This document shows positions 27,587-37,919 of a DNA stretch of 64,000 nt, in pieces. The notes beneath the pieces were generated by a model that worked only from the letters and a program-made list of their open reading frames with translations, was not told where the DNA came from and searched no databases. The stretch's first letter is position 1; every line of letters starts with the position of its first letter. Made by a program: the position numbers and the translations under genes. This DNA comes from Flavobacteriales bacterium (GTDB lineage Bacteria; Bacteroidota; Bacteroidia; NS11-12g; UBA955). The stretch lies in NCBI GenBank assembly GCA_024643755.1, contig JAHEMG010000001.1:6812-70811 (forward strand). Reading direction: 5' to 3'.

Positions 27587-28815
27587 AAGACAAACGCATT
27601 CTCATCCTGTTCCTGACCATATTCATTGACCTGTTGGGCTTTGGAATTGTTATTCCCATTTTGCCCAATTTGGCCAAAACCTTGGCGGCGACTTCCGGAA
27701 TGCCATTTAATCCCGATGTAGCGGTGGGCGTTGTTGCTGGTTCGTTTTCCATCATTCAGTTTTTGTTCGCGCCCATTTTTGGGGCATGGTCTGACAGGAT
27801 CGGACGTAGACCCATCATTTTGATGAGTGTTTTCGCGAACATCTTCGGTTATTACCTGTTTGGCATTAGCGCCAATTTTAGTTTTCTGTTGTTTTCTCGT
27901 GTAATTTCCGGTTTTGGAAGTGCGAATATTTCCGCAGCACAAGCTTATATCGCAGATATTACCGCACCGGCAGATCGTGCCAAGCGGATGGGTATCATTG
28001 GTGCGGCCTTTGGTTTGGGATTTGTTTTTGGTCCCCCAATCGGCGGATGGCTATATCACCACGGTGGTGAGCATGGCGTGCAGTGGGTTGGTTTTTTTAC
28101 CGCTGCGTTGTGCGCGTTGAATTTTGTGTTGGCTTGGTTTTTGTTGCCCGAAAGTTTGCAGACTAAATCGGTAGAGAAGCGCAAAGTATCCGCTACGTTC
28201 AAAGGACTCGTTACCGTTTGGCGCATCGATATTATTGGTGAATTGTTTTTGATTAACTTCCTGTATATCGCTGCGTTTAGTATGATGCAGGTAAATGCGA
28301 GCGTATTGTGGAAAGAGAAATATGGTCTCACAGAATACGGTATCGGCAATATTTTTGGTTTCATTGGTATTTGTAGTGCCATTGTTCAAGGCGGTCTGAT
28401 TGGTATGTTTCAAAAGAAATGGGGCGTGCGCAAAATGTTGCTCATGGGCTGTCCCATTGTAGCCGTGGGTTTGAGTATTATTCCCATCGCCAACGATACC
28501 CAAACGTTTTATATGGTGCAGGCCTTCGCCATTTTGCTTCTCGCGTTTGGCAATGGTTTGATGATGCCTGCGATCAATTCCTTGGTGAGTTTGAATACGC
28601 CTGCGGAGTCGCAAGGACAGATGTTGGGTATGTTGCAGAGTTTGGGGTCACTTGCACGTGCGATTGGTCCGATCATCGCCGGTGGCTTGTATCATTACTA
28701 TTATGGCTTGCCGTATTTTAGTGGTGGCTTGTTGATGATGATGGCGCTGGTGGTAGCAATTTTGTTGTCGAGGCGACTCAAGTCAACCGAAGAGGACGCA
28801 ATCGATAAAGGATAA
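27583..28815 (+). CDS. Major facilitator superfamily transporter (12 TM, drug/H+ antiporter-like)
   Basis: Start MKDKRILILFLTIFIDLLGFGIVIPILP. MFS motif GAWSDRIGRRPII. ATGA overlap with the upstream gene. Confidence 0.85.
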   Translation: MKDKRILILFLTIFIDLLGFGIVIPILPNLAKTLAATSGMPFNPDVAVGVVAGSFSIIQFLFAPIFGAWSDRIGRRPIILMSVFANIFGYYLFGISANFSFLLFSRVISGFGSANISAAQAYIADITAPADRAKRMGIIGAAFGLGFVFGPPIGGWLYHHGGEHGVQWVGFFTAALCALNFVLAWFLLPESLQTKSVEKRKVSATFKGLVTVWRIDIIGELFLINFLYIAAFSMMQVNASVLWKEKYGLTEYGIGNIFGFIGICSAIVQGGLIGMFQKKWGVRKMLLMGCPIVAVGLSIIPIANDTQTFYMVQAFAILLLAFGNGLMMPAINSLVSLNTPAESQGQMLGMLQSLGSLARAIGPIIAGGLYHYYYGLPYFSGGLLMMMALVVAILLSRRLKSTEEDAIDKG

Positions 28816-28866
28816 ATCAGCATTTAAGGATTATCGGGTATGGCCATCAAGCAGGAAATACAGAAA

Positions 28867-30165
28867 ATGAAGCCATTGAAAGTGGTGCATTTGAATGCCT
28901 CTTCTGCGGGTGGTGCTTTTGTGGCAGCGCAAAGACTGAGCGAGGCACTGAATCAGCGGCCTGATATCGACAGTGAACATTGGGTTTTTGATGGGGGCGA
29001 GGGCGATTTTCACCTTTGGGCCAATAATTGGTTGAGACGGAAATGGGCATTTGCCTTACACGCATTGGAGAAATTGGATTTTCTTCGCCATGAACGTGAG
29101 CGATCGGTGCGATTTGCCTTCAGTCACGGAAAGACTGGTGTAAATGTTGCTGCGTGGCGTGCGATTCAACAGGCCGACGTGGTTCATTTGCATTGGGTAA
29201 ACAAGGGGTTTGTGAGTTTGAATGGATTGGATGCCTTGCTACGTGGTAAGCAAAAAGTGGTATGGACATGTCACGATATGTGGCCATTTACCGGCGGTTG
29301 TTATCATCCCCGGGGCTGTGATCATTTTGAACGGCGATGTGGTGAATGTGCCTATTTGAAGAATCCTGCCGAGGGAGATTTGTCGCGCCGCGTATTCACG
29401 GCCAAACAGCGCATATTTCAATCGAATGAAGCGCATTTACAATTTGTAACTCCAAGTCAATGGTTGAAAGATCAGGCCTTGAAGAGCGGGGTATTAACGT
29501 CAAAATTACGCACGCAGATTGAGGTGATTCCCAATCCCATTGATACCGATTATTTTCATCCGGTTTCAGATACTGCAGGTATTCGCAAGTTAGACGATAG
29601 TGCAAAACCATCTTCAATCTCAGTGCAAAAGCCCTTTACGTTGATGTTTGCGGCAGCCAACTTGGGCAATGTGGCCAAGGGGTTTGCTGAATTCCGGGAT
29701 TTGTGCAATGCCTTGTATGCGAGTGGTTACACCCAGTTGAAGGCGTTGGTGGTGGGAGAAAATCGCTTGGGTGATTTGGGGTTGCTTTGTGACTTTGAAG
29801 CATTGGGTTTCATAGCCGATTCCCAGAAAATGCGAGATGCCTATTGGGCCACAGACGTATATGTAACTACCTCCCACGAAGAGAATTTGCCCACAACCAT
29901 CATGGAAAGCTTGAGTTGTGGTGTGCCCGTGGCTGCTTTTGCGGTGGGTGGTATTCCTGAAATGGTGGATGTAGACGATGCCCATCGCACGGGATGGTTG
30001 GTGCCAAAAATGGATGTAGATTCCTTGGTGCGCAACATCGCTGCGTATATGGCTTTGGATAACGATGGTCGTGCCCAAATCCAGCGAAACTGCAGAACGG
30101 CAGCATTGGCAAAGTATAGTGCTGAGAGCATTGCATTGGCCTATCAACGGGTGTATTTGAGTTGA
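28867..30165 (+). CDS. Glycosyltransferase family 4 (GT-B fold, GT1/4)
   Basis: C-terminal EENLPTTIMESLSCGVPVAAFAVGGIPEMV (E-x7-E motif region). Confidence 0.75.
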   Translation: MKPLKVVHLNASSAGGAFVAAQRLSEALNQRPDIDSEHWVFDGGEGDFHLWANNWLRRKWAFALHALEKLDFLRHERERSVRFAFSHGKTGVNVAAWRAIQQADVVHLHWVNKGFVSLNGLDALLRGKQKVVWTCHDMWPFTGGCYHPRGCDHFERRCGECAYLKNPAEGDLSRRVFTAKQRIFQSNEAHLQFVTPSQWLKDQALKSGVLTSKLRTQIEVIPNPIDTDYFHPVSDTAGIRKLDDSAKPSSISVQKPFTLMFAAANLGNVAKGFAEFRDLCNALYASGYTQLKALVVGENRLGDLGLLCDFEALGFIADSQKMRDAYWATDVYVTTSHEENLPTTIMESLSCGVPVAAFAVGGIPEMVDVDDAHRTGWLVPKMDVDSLVRNIAAYMALDNDGRAQIQRNCRTAALAKYSAESIALAYQRVYLS

Positions 30166-30224
30166 TAGTGGGATGATTGTTCGGGTGTTTGATTGAATTG
30201 TTTGACGACTGATTTACGGGTAAC

Positions 30225-30250
30225 AAAAAAGCCATACCCAGGGGCATGGC
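30225..30250 (-). terminator. Intrinsic terminator downstream of ftsZ (possibly bidirectional with GT4)
   Basis: Imperfect hairpin gccataccc-a-ggggcatggc. On the minus strand it is followed by a T6 run (plus-strand aaaaaa 30225-30230). Confidence 0.55.
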
Positions 30251-30277
30251 TCTCTTGCTGTTGGATTATTTTGGCTA

Positions 30278-31810
30278 TCAATCCACGTTATCGTGCAAAT
30301 GGCGATTCGGTTTAACCGTAAGATCGCGTGCATTCATGGGGTTTTCCTCGCCAATGGTGATTTTACTCACGAGTTGGCTTTGGCTTGGGGGTGCTGACTC
30401 CAAATTGATGCCCTTGCGCATGTACGCAGGGATTTCAATGTCGTTATCGAGCAGTGATTCTCTGTCTCTCCGACCATTTTCCATGCGGGTATCGCGGAAA
30501 ATTTGTGCCATTGGGTCATCGCTCCAGTCATCGGAAGGTTCAAATGCCTTGGGTGCTACATTGATGGGGTTCAACGCTTCGGGCTGTTCCCATTCAACGT
30601 TGTGTGCTGGTGTATTTGTGGCCTCGAAATCGTTTTGATTGAAAGCCGGCGGCACATGATTGATGACGGTGGGCTGAGAAACCGGTGCGCTAAAGAGGTT
30701 GGGTTGACTGACTCTGCTTTGTGCGGGGTTGTGACCATAAGGATTCATGGGGTTCCCGTAAGGGTTTGCAGGGTGGGCGTTGCTAACGGACTGCTGTGGC
30801 AACTCGTTGGTTTGTACCGACACATTGGGTGCTTGCACATTGGCTCTCACTTCAAAGCCGGTGGCGATGACGGTGATCGCAATGTCTTCTCCCAAGCTTT
30901 CGTCTTTGGTGATACCCATTTTCAAGTGTGCGGTATGTCCTGCCTCTTCTTGCAAGAATTTCTTCACTTTGGAAATCTCACTCATCACGGGCTCTTTGTG
31001 TCCGTAGGTGAAATTCACCAACAGGTGCTGTGCTCCTCTGATGCGTGTATTGTCGAGCAGCGGACTATCCAAAGCCATTCTCGCCGCATTTTCAGCGCGA
31101 TTTTCGCCGGCTGCAAAACCGGTACCCATGATGGCGCGACCGCTGTCTTTCATGGCGGTTTGCACATCCATGAAGTCTACGTTGATTTGTCCGGGTTTGG
31201 TAATGATTTCTGCGATACCTCTTGCGGCGGTACACAGGATATCATCGGCTTTTGAAAAGGCTTGCGTAATGGTTAGATCGCCATACATATCTACGATGCG
31301 ATCGTTGCAAATGGTGAGTAGTGCGTCTACGTGTGGACGGAGTTTCTCCAATCCATCGTTGGCCTGACCAATACGTTGTGGTCCTTCATCCTCAAAGGGG
31401 AGGGTGACGATACCTACAGTAAGGATATTGAGTTCTTTGGCGATTTTGGCGATCACGGGGGCAGCACCTGTTCCAGTTCCACCACCCATACCGGCGGTGA
31501 TAAAGACCATTTTGGTGTTGTCTTCCATGATTTGGCGAATTTGCTGCATGTTTTCCATGGCGGCTTTTTCGCCCATATCGGGCATAGACCCAGCGCCTAA
31601 GCCTTCAGTTAATTGTGCGCCCAATTGCAATCGGTTGGGGATGGGACTGCTATGGAGTGCTTGTAAATCGGTGTTGCAGATAAAGAAGTCGACCCCCTCG
31701 ATCCCATGACGGAACATGTGGTTCACGGCATTGCTACCGCCACCACCCACACCAATCACTTTGATGAGGTTGCCTCTGCGAATATTGACTGCTGGTTCAA
31801 ATACGGACAT
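30278..31810 (-). CDS. ftsZ: Cell division protein FtsZ
   Basis: IKVIGVGGGGSNAVNHM, GGGTGTG tubulin signature. Long Pro/Asn/Gln-rich C-terminal linker. Confidence 0.95.
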   Translation of the reverse strand: MSVFEPAVNIRRGNLIKVIGVGGGGSNAVNHMFRHGIEGVDFFICNTDLQALHSSPIPNRLQLGAQLTEGLGAGSMPDMGEKAAMENMQQIRQIMEDNTKMVFITAGMGGGTGTGAAPVIAKIAKELNILTVGIVTLPFEDEGPQRIGQANDGLEKLRPHVDALLTICNDRIVDMYGDLTITQAFSKADDILCTAARGIAEIITKPGQINVDFMDVQTAMKDSGRAIMGTGFAAGENRAENAARMALDSPLLDNTRIRGAQHLLVNFTYGHKEPVMSEISKVKKFLQEEAGHTAHLKMGITKDESLGEDIAITVIATGFEVRANVQAPNVSVQTNELPQQSVSNAHPANPYGNPMNPYGHNPAQSRVSQPNLFSAPVSQPTVINHVPPAFNQNDFEATNTPAHNVEWEQPEALNPINVAPKAFEPSDDWSDDPMAQIFRDTRMENGRRDRESLLDNDIEIPAYMRKGINLESAPPSQSQLVSKITIGEENPMNARDLTVKPNRHLHDNVD

Positions 31811-31831
31811 GATTTCTATGGTTTATCAATC

Positions 31832-33241
31832 TCAACTATCTTGAAAATCGTCGCCTTCCTTCATCCAGTCGTTGAGGCCTCTAAACAAATTGGATTTTCC
31901 GCCCAACCAAGAACCTGTGAACAGGTTAAAGCCGCTGCGTTTGCCAATTTCAGTATCTCCAATTTCCATTTGGTGAGGGGCTTGTTCAATGACAACTTCA
32001 TCCAAGAAGGGGTCGCTCACGCGGGCAACGGGTTCTTCGTGGTTGATGATTTCGTTATTGAGTTCAATGTGCTGGTGTTTTTGTGCCAGTTCAAATCCTT
32101 TCAACACCAATCCAATGCTGGTAGCGTACATGGGGTTGCGCACTTCGTCGATCATGCCTTTGCCAAGACGCTGTCCGGGCGAACCAATATGCACTTCCAA
32201 GCCGATGAAGTAATTGAAAAGTTGGGTGATGTCTTTCATTGAAGATCCGCCGCCTGTGAGCACGATACCACCAGCGAGTTTGTTGCGGATACCAGAAACT
32301 ACGATTTCGAAATCAACCTTTTGGATGATGTCTTCCACACGCGCACGAATGACCTGAGAAATCGCATAGAGAGAAATTTCTTTGGGCGCACGACCGGGCA
32401 GTCCGGGTACCACAACCACTTCATTTTTCATGGCTTCGGTTGGGTAGCAGCTGCCGTAATTGACTTTTACATATTCCGCTTGGTCTTTCAAGATGCCAAA
32501 CGCTTCTTGCAAATCTTTGGTGATTCTATCACCACCGATAGGGATGATGGCTGTGTGTCTGATCGCACCATCGTCGAAAATACAAATGTCGGTAGTACCA
32601 CCTCCAATGTCGACCAGCGCCACCCCAGCTTCCATTTCGGGTTCGCTCAATACGGCTGCGGCAGAGGCCACGGGTTCAACGATGAGGTCGGCGATTTCCA
32701 GGCCTGCTCTGCGAACGGCCATCAAGATGGTTTTTGCGGCAGAGGTTTCACCGGTGATGATGTGGTAGTTGCATTCAACGCGCACACCGACACGACCTAC
32801 GGGGTCTTTGATGCCTTCTTCGCCATCGATGCGATATTCTTGGGGCAGTACGTGGAGGATCTCCAAACCGGGCGACAAGGCCAAGTTTTCCATTTCTGCT
32901 TCCAATTTGTTGAGTTCGTCTTCAGTGATTTCAACATCCCACTGTTTGCGACTGAGTGTGCCACGGTGTTGCAGACTTTTGATATGGTGTCCGGCGATAC
33001 CCACAAAAACCGTTTTGATGTTGACTTGACTTTGTTTGATAGCTTCTTCTACGGCAGATTGGATGGCGGTAACGGCTTTGGCCACGTTGGCGACCATTCC
33101 GCGCGATACGCCACCTTGGCTTGGGGCTTTTCCCATGCCCAAAACGTTGATTTTGCCGTTTTCAGCCATTTGACCGACAATCGCGCAAACCTTGGTGGTT
33201 CCGATGTCGAGTCCTACGATGATATTGTTATTGATAGCCAT
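31832..33241 (-). CDS. ftsA: Cell division protein FtsA
   Basis: Actin-fold motifs IVGLDIGTTKVCAIVGQ, DIGGGTTD. Position in the dcw cluster. Confidence 0.95.
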   Translation of the reverse strand: MAINNNIIVGLDIGTTKVCAIVGQMAENGKINVLGMGKAPSQGGVSRGMVANVAKAVTAIQSAVEEAIKQSQVNIKTVFVGIAGHHIKSLQHRGTLSRKQWDVEITEDELNKLEAEMENLALSPGLEILHVLPQEYRIDGEEGIKDPVGRVGVRVECNYHIITGETSAAKTILMAVRRAGLEIADLIVEPVASAAAVLSEPEMEAGVALVDIGGGTTDICIFDDGAIRHTAIIPIGGDRITKDLQEAFGILKDQAEYVKVNYGSCYPTEAMKNEVVVVPGLPGRAPKEISLYAISQVIRARVEDIIQKVDFEIVVSGIRNKLAGGIVLTGGGSSMKDITQLFNYFIGLEVHIGSPGQRLGKGMIDEVRNPMYATSIGLVLKGFELAQKHQHIELNNEIINHEEPVARVSDPFLDEVVIEQAPHQMEIGDTEIGKRSGFNLFTGSWLGGKSNLFRGLNDWMKEGDDFQDS

Positions 33242-33277
33242 ATTTTTTTGTAATTGTACTTGGGTTGTTATTTGCGC

Positions 33278-34111
33278 TTAACGACTGTTGTTTTTATTGG
33301 ACTTAGGTTCTTCTTTCTGTATAGTTTCTTGGTCATAGCGTGTTCCTATCACCTGATTGAGGTTGGAAATGTCTACGGTTTTGTAGCGATCCCAGCCCGT
33401 GCTTTTGAGGCCTTGATCGTAGAAAAGACGCAGGTTTCCGAACTTTTCGGGTAGGTTTAAGCCATTGCCTACAACAATGCTATGTTTTCCGATGCGGGGA
33501 ATCAAAATCACGTCGTTGTAATTATCTACATACAATTGTTGAAATTGCATGTTCCACAGCGAGTCGGCGGCGATGAACTTGGCCACAGACAGCAAATTCC
33601 TGGCAGTTTCACCCGCAATGATTTTCCCAGCGGCCATGACATTTCTGATATTTCCGTTGGCCACAAGCACATCGCAGAATTTGGCTGAGGTATTGGGTAT
33701 CATCACGCCTTGGGTATCGAGGTAGAATTCTTGTCCTTGCGTATTGCTTACCAGCACGATGGGGGTGCGTTCTTCGACTTTTACTTTGAAAACCCCATCC
33801 AGGGCGATGTATACTTCGGCTTTTTTAACGGCGGGGATTTTATTGAGTCGCGCCTCGAGTTTTTGAATGTTGATGTCCGAGGCACTTCTGCCGGTGGGAT
33901 TGCCAATGACGGCTTGGATAGAATCGGTGAGGTTGTTGTTGTTGAGGAACAGGGCTTGGCCTTCTGGGAGTATGTTGATTTCGAGGGTTTCGACCAGTCG
34001 GTTTTTGGCGGTTTTGGAGATGGACGTCCAAAAAATGGCCAGTGCCACGAGCAACACCAGCAACAGGGCTAACATCCATTGGCGTTTATTGATGGCGGGT
34101 TTCCAGTTCAT
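33278..34111 (-). CDS. ftsQ: Cell division protein FtsQ (POTRA domain)
   Basis: Single N-terminal TM (LALLLVLLVALAIFW) then POTRA-like region. Start ambiguous (34195, 34111 or 34075). 34111 chosen for the K/R-rich segment before the TM. It overlaps the murC 3' end by 26 nt. Confidence 0.7.
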   Translation of the reverse strand: MNWKPAINKRQWMLALLLVLLVALAIFWTSISKTAKNRLVETLEINILPEGQALFLNNNNLTDSIQAVIGNPTGRSASDINIQKLEARLNKIPAVKKAEVYIALDGVFKVKVEERTPIVLVSNTQGQEFYLDTQGVMIPNTSAKFCDVLVANGNIRNVMAAGKIIAGETARNLLSVAKFIAADSLWNMQFQQLYVDNYNDVILIPRIGKHSIVVGNGLNLPEKFGNLRLFYDQGLKSTGWDRYKTVDISNLNQVIGTRYDQETIQKEEPKSNKNNSR

Positions 34112-35555
34112 GGTAGAGGGTTTGAATGGGTTGAACAAGTCGATCGATATCGCCAGCGCCGAGGATGAGTAACACTTCAGCGGGGTTGGCTTCAAGGATC
34201 GTGAGGATGTTTGTTGGGTTGACCAGCTGTTTGTTGGGGTTGTTGATAGAACTCAACAGCCATTGGCTGGTAACGCCGGGGATGGGCAATTCCCGCGCGG
34301 GGTAGATGTCCATCAGGTATAGGTGGTCGAGTTTTGACAAGCTGTCGGCAAATCCGGGCGCAAAATCTTGGGTTCTGCTAAAGAGGTGGGGTTGAAAGAT
34401 GCCGGTGATTTTTTTATTGGGGTAAAGGGTTCTCACTGAGCCGATGATGGCGTTGAGTTCTTCGGGGTGATGGGCATAATCGTCGATCACCACGTAGTTG
34501 GGCGATTTGTGGATGTATTCGAATCGTCTTTTGGCGCCTTTGAATGTGGCGATACCTTGTTGTAGTTCGTTGATGGGCAGGCCAAGGAAGCCATAGCAAA
34601 TCCCGAGCGCAGCGAGGGCATTTTGTACATTGTGATGGCCGGGAAGTCCGCATCGGAACTCGGCAATCATTTGGTTGTTCATGGCCAGCTTGAAACAGAA
34701 ATCACCTTGGTCTACTTTTACTTCTTGGGCGTGTATGGCGGAATCAGTGGAGGTTCCGTAGCGATAAGTAAGTACGTGTGAGGGGGTTTGGAGCTGGAGC
34801 GACTCATGGAGCATGAGGGCGGCGCCGTGGGGTTTTGTGGTTGAGGGCAAAGGTTGCTCGGCGCCGCCCCAAGAACGAATCAACTTGGTGAAATCCGCAA
34901 ACGCTTGGGTGAAGGCCTCAGCCGTGCCATAAATGTCGAGGTGGTCAGGATCCATCGCCGTAATAATGGCCAAATCGGGGTTTAGGCGATGAAAACTGCG
35001 GTCGAATTCATCGGCTTCCAGCACAATGATTTCTCCGCGTACATCCAGGTTGCGACCATCGGTTTTGCGGATGTAGTTGCTGCCGAAATTGGATGAAATT
35101 CCACCCAAGAAAGCCGTGAAATTCACGTTGCAGCTGTGCAGCAAATGCGCCACCAGCGTGGATGTGGTTGTCTTTCCGTGTGTGCCCGCCACTGCTATAC
35201 AAAATCCATTGCGCGCGATACTGCCCAGCACCTCGCTGCGCTTCATGATGGTCACGGATTGTTCTTGCAACCAAACCCATTGTGGGTGATTTTTTGGAAT
35301 CGCCGGGGTTAGGATGAACAAGGTGTTAGGCAAGTTCTCGGTAACCTGCGTGGGTAACGCCTCCAAAGCATCATCAAACAGAATGTTGGCACCTTCGTCT
35401 TGTAAAGCGCTGGTCAACGGCGTTGGGGTTTTGTCATATCCCATCACCGGCATGCCTATCTGCAGCAGATACCGTGCGATGGCACTCATGCCAATGCCGC
35501 CAATGCCCAAGAAATAGGCCTGTTCAAAATCTGTTATGCGCCTTTCTGTAGACAT
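34086..35555 (-). CDS. murC: UDP-N-acetylmuramate--L-alanine ligase
   Basis: YFLGIGGIGMSAIARYL, Mur ligase P-loop GTHGKTTT. Confidence 0.95.
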   Translation of the reverse strand: MSTERRITDFEQAYFLGIGGIGMSAIARYLLQIGMPVMGYDKTPTPLTSALQDEGANILFDDALEALPTQVTENLPNTLFILTPAIPKNHPQWVWLQEQSVTIMKRSEVLGSIARNGFCIAVAGTHGKTTTSTLVAHLLHSCNVNFTAFLGGISSNFGSNYIRKTDGRNLDVRGEIIVLEADEFDRSFHRLNPDLAIITAMDPDHLDIYGTAEAFTQAFADFTKLIRSWGGAEQPLPSTTKPHGAALMLHESLQLQTPSHVLTYRYGTSTDSAIHAQEVKVDQGDFCFKLAMNNQMIAEFRCGLPGHHNVQNALAALGICYGFLGLPINELQQGIATFKGAKRRFEYIHKSPNYVVIDDYAHHPEELNAIIGSVRTLYPNKKITGIFQPHLFSRTQDFAPGFADSLSKLDHLYLMDIYPARELPIPGVTSQWLLSSINNPNKQLVNPTNILTILEANPAEVLLILGAGDIDRLVQPIQTLYHELETRHQ

Positions 35556-36724
35556 GATTCTATCAAGTTGACAATGGTTTCAGTGGCTTGGGGCTTGGCG
35601 ATGCTGTTCAATTTCTCTTGCATTTCTGCCTGTTTTTTCGTATCTTTTAGCAAGGCGATGGCTGCATCGATGAGCTTTTCCGGCGCCTCCTGGTCCGTAA
35701 TGAGCACCGCGGCATCCATATCGCTCAGTACCCTGGCGTTTTTGGTTTGATGGTCGTCTGTGACATTGGGTGAGGGTACCAAAACTGAGGGTTTGCCCAC
35801 CACCGCGATTTCTGAAATGCTGATGGCACCTGCGCGAGAAATCACCACATCCGCAGCGGCAAACGCATCCTCCATGTTGTAGATGAATGGCGCAATGAAA
35901 ATTCCTGGCGCATCGCCCTGAGAAAAAACACTGGGATTGCTGGTGATGATTTCGTTGATTTTTTCGGTGTGCGACTGAGAAAACGGGAGTCCCATTTGCC
36001 AAATCACTTGGATTTTGGCTTCGGCCAGTTTCAGGAGGTTGTTGAACAACGTTTGGTTGATGGTTCTGGCGCCTAAACTGCCGCCGGTGACCAACAATAC
36101 CGGTAGGTGTGGTTTGAGGTTGCCGAATTTCGATAGACTGTCTGCCCGAGAAGTATCGCCCTCTCGGCCGAGTATTGTCCCCAAATCGATGATATTTTGT
36201 CGTACCGGATTCCCTGTAAACGTCCACTTCCCTTCCGGAAAAAACGCGTCCATGTTTGGAAATCCTGTACATATGTGTTTGGCGTTGCGGGCCACCATTC
36301 GGTTGGTGAGGCCGGCGAATCCGTTTTGTTCTTGTAGGATGGTGGGGTAGCCATTTCTTGCTGCCATGAAGCAAATGGGCAAGCTGGCATAGCCGCCGGT
36401 CCCGATGACTGCGCTGGGTTGGAATTGGTTGAGGATTTTTTTTGCTTTCCAGAAGCTCTGTAAGGTTTTCATCGCTACCAACAGGTTTCTGGGCGATAGG
36501 GATCGCTTCAAGCCTTCGATGGGGAGTCCCACGATTTTGAATCCTTCCTTTGGCACTTTTTCCATTTCCATTTTGCCCAAGGCACCCACGAACAGGAATT
36601 CCGCGTCGGGGTATCGCTGTTGGAGCGACTTAGCGATGGCTACCGCCGGGAATATATGTCCGCCCGTACCACCTCCTGAAAGGATGAATCTGTGGGGTTT
36701 GTTGGGTTTCATGGCAGTGGTCAT
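35534..36724 (-). CDS. murG: UDP-GlcNAc:lipid I N-acetylglucosaminyltransferase MurG
   Basis: ILSGGGTGGHIFPAVA N-terminal motif. GT28 fold. Confidence 0.95.
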   Translation of the reverse strand: MTTAMKPNKPHRFILSGGGTGGHIFPAVAIAKSLQQRYPDAEFLFVGALGKMEMEKVPKEGFKIVGLPIEGLKRSLSPRNLLVAMKTLQSFWKAKKILNQFQPSAVIGTGGYASLPICFMAARNGYPTILQEQNGFAGLTNRMVARNAKHICTGFPNMDAFFPEGKWTFTGNPVRQNIIDLGTILGREGDTSRADSLSKFGNLKPHLPVLLVTGGSLGARTINQTLFNNLLKLAEAKIQVIWQMGLPFSQSHTEKINEIITSNPSVFSQGDAPGIFIAPFIYNMEDAFAAADVVISRAGAISISEIAVVGKPSVLVPSPNVTDDHQTKNARVLSDMDAAVLITDQEAPEKLIDAAIALLKDTKKQAEMQEKLNSIAKPQATETIVNLIESCLQKGA

Positions 36725-36727
36725 GGG

Positions 36728-37903
36728 TTATAGTCCGGCCGTAATGGCTTCGTTTTGTTGTGTTTTTTCGTCTTCGATGTATTTGGAAATGCCCAGGATG
36801 ATTCCAAAGCCGATGCTATTCATGAATAAGCTGGTACCGCCCATGCTGACCAACGGAATGGTGAGTCCGGTTACTGGAAGCATGCCCACGGCAACGCCCA
36901 TATTCACGAACGCTTGTAAGCTCATGGAGAGGCCTAATCCCATGGCCACTAGCGCGCCGAAGGCGCGCGGACTTTCCACCACAATTTTCAAACATCGAAA
37001 GACCAGTATCAGAAAGCATCCCGCCACAATCAATCCGCCGATTAGGCCATATTCCTCGATAATGATGGCGTAGATAAAGTCTGAATAGGGGTGAGGTAGG
37101 TAATTCCTTTGGGTGCTGTTGCCCGGTCCTTTTCCAAATACACCTCCAGTTGCAACGGCAATTTTGGATTGTAATTGCTGGTAGTTTCCTTGTCCATCGT
37201 CTTGCCCCATGAACGTCTCGATACGCTTTTTCCATGTGGGAATACGACTGCTTTCCATGCCGTCTGTGTTTACATTCAGCAAAACCACCACCAATATGCT
37301 AATCAATCCAACCCCCGAGAAAGTCAAATACATCATGTACTTGAAATTGACCCGACCGATAAACATCAGCAACGCCGCCGTTACAAATACCACCAAAGAG
37401 GTACTCAAATTCTCCGGCGCAATCAATAAAACTACCATCAGGATGTAGCCCAAGGTGGTCCAGAATACGCGCGGACTATCGATCTCCTCTTGATTTTTAC
37501 TCAAATACCGGGATATGTACATCACCAGAAACAACTTAGCCATGTCCGATGGCTGAAAGGTGACGCCCAATCCAGGGATGGGGATTACCCGCGTGGCATT
37601 GTTGATTTCAGATCCTATCGCCAAGGTAAGTATCAGCAATCCAATGGAAATCCACAGAAAGATTTGGCTGATCCTGGAATAGTAGGAAAAGGGAATCAGG
37701 TGGGTGAGAAACAGCAGACCCAAACCAATGAGCAGGAATCCGGTGTGACGCAAAAAATACCATTCGGTGTTCCCGCCTTGCTTGGAATATGCCAAGGTTC
37801 CTGTGGCGCTGTATACGGCCAAAATACCGATGAGCGATAGGATGATGATGACAAACCATATCCATTTGTCGCCTTTGAAACGGGAAGTGAATTGAGCATT
37901 CAT
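36728..37903 (-). CDS. ftsW: Peptidoglycan glycosyltransferase FtsW (SEDS family)
   Basis: 10-TM SEDS protein located between murD and murG. Confidence 0.9.
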   Translation of the reverse strand: MNAQFTSRFKGDKWIWFVIIILSLIGILAVYSATGTLAYSKQGGNTEWYFLRHTGFLLIGLGLLFLTHLIPFSYYSRISQIFLWISIGLLILTLAIGSEINNATRVIPIPGLGVTFQPSDMAKLFLVMYISRYLSKNQEEIDSPRVFWTTLGYILMVVLLIAPENLSTSLVVFVTAALLMFIGRVNFKYMMYLTFSGVGLISILVVVLLNVNTDGMESSRIPTWKKRIETFMGQDDGQGNYQQLQSKIAVATGGVFGKGPGNSTQRNYLPHPYSDFIYAIIIEEYGLIGGLIVAGCFLILVFRCLKIVVESPRAFGALVAMGLGLSMSLQAFVNMGVAVGMLPVTGLTIPLVSMGGTSLFMNSIGFGIILGISKYIEDEKTQQNEAITAGL

Positions 37904-37919
37904 GCGTGTGAGGTTGAGA

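Noticed and set aside
30503-33253. Long plus-strand ORFs (250 aa at 30503-31255, 310 aa at 32321-33253 and others) across ftsZ/ftsA
   Set aside because: They are antisense to unambiguous ftsZ and ftsA genes. They have Gly/Val/His-rich compositions typical of spurious frames.
35580-36374. 264-aa minus-strand ORF in alternative frame of murG
   Set aside because: It overlaps murG in the same direction but in a different frame. It has an Arg/His/Gly-rich composition typical of an out-of-frame translation.
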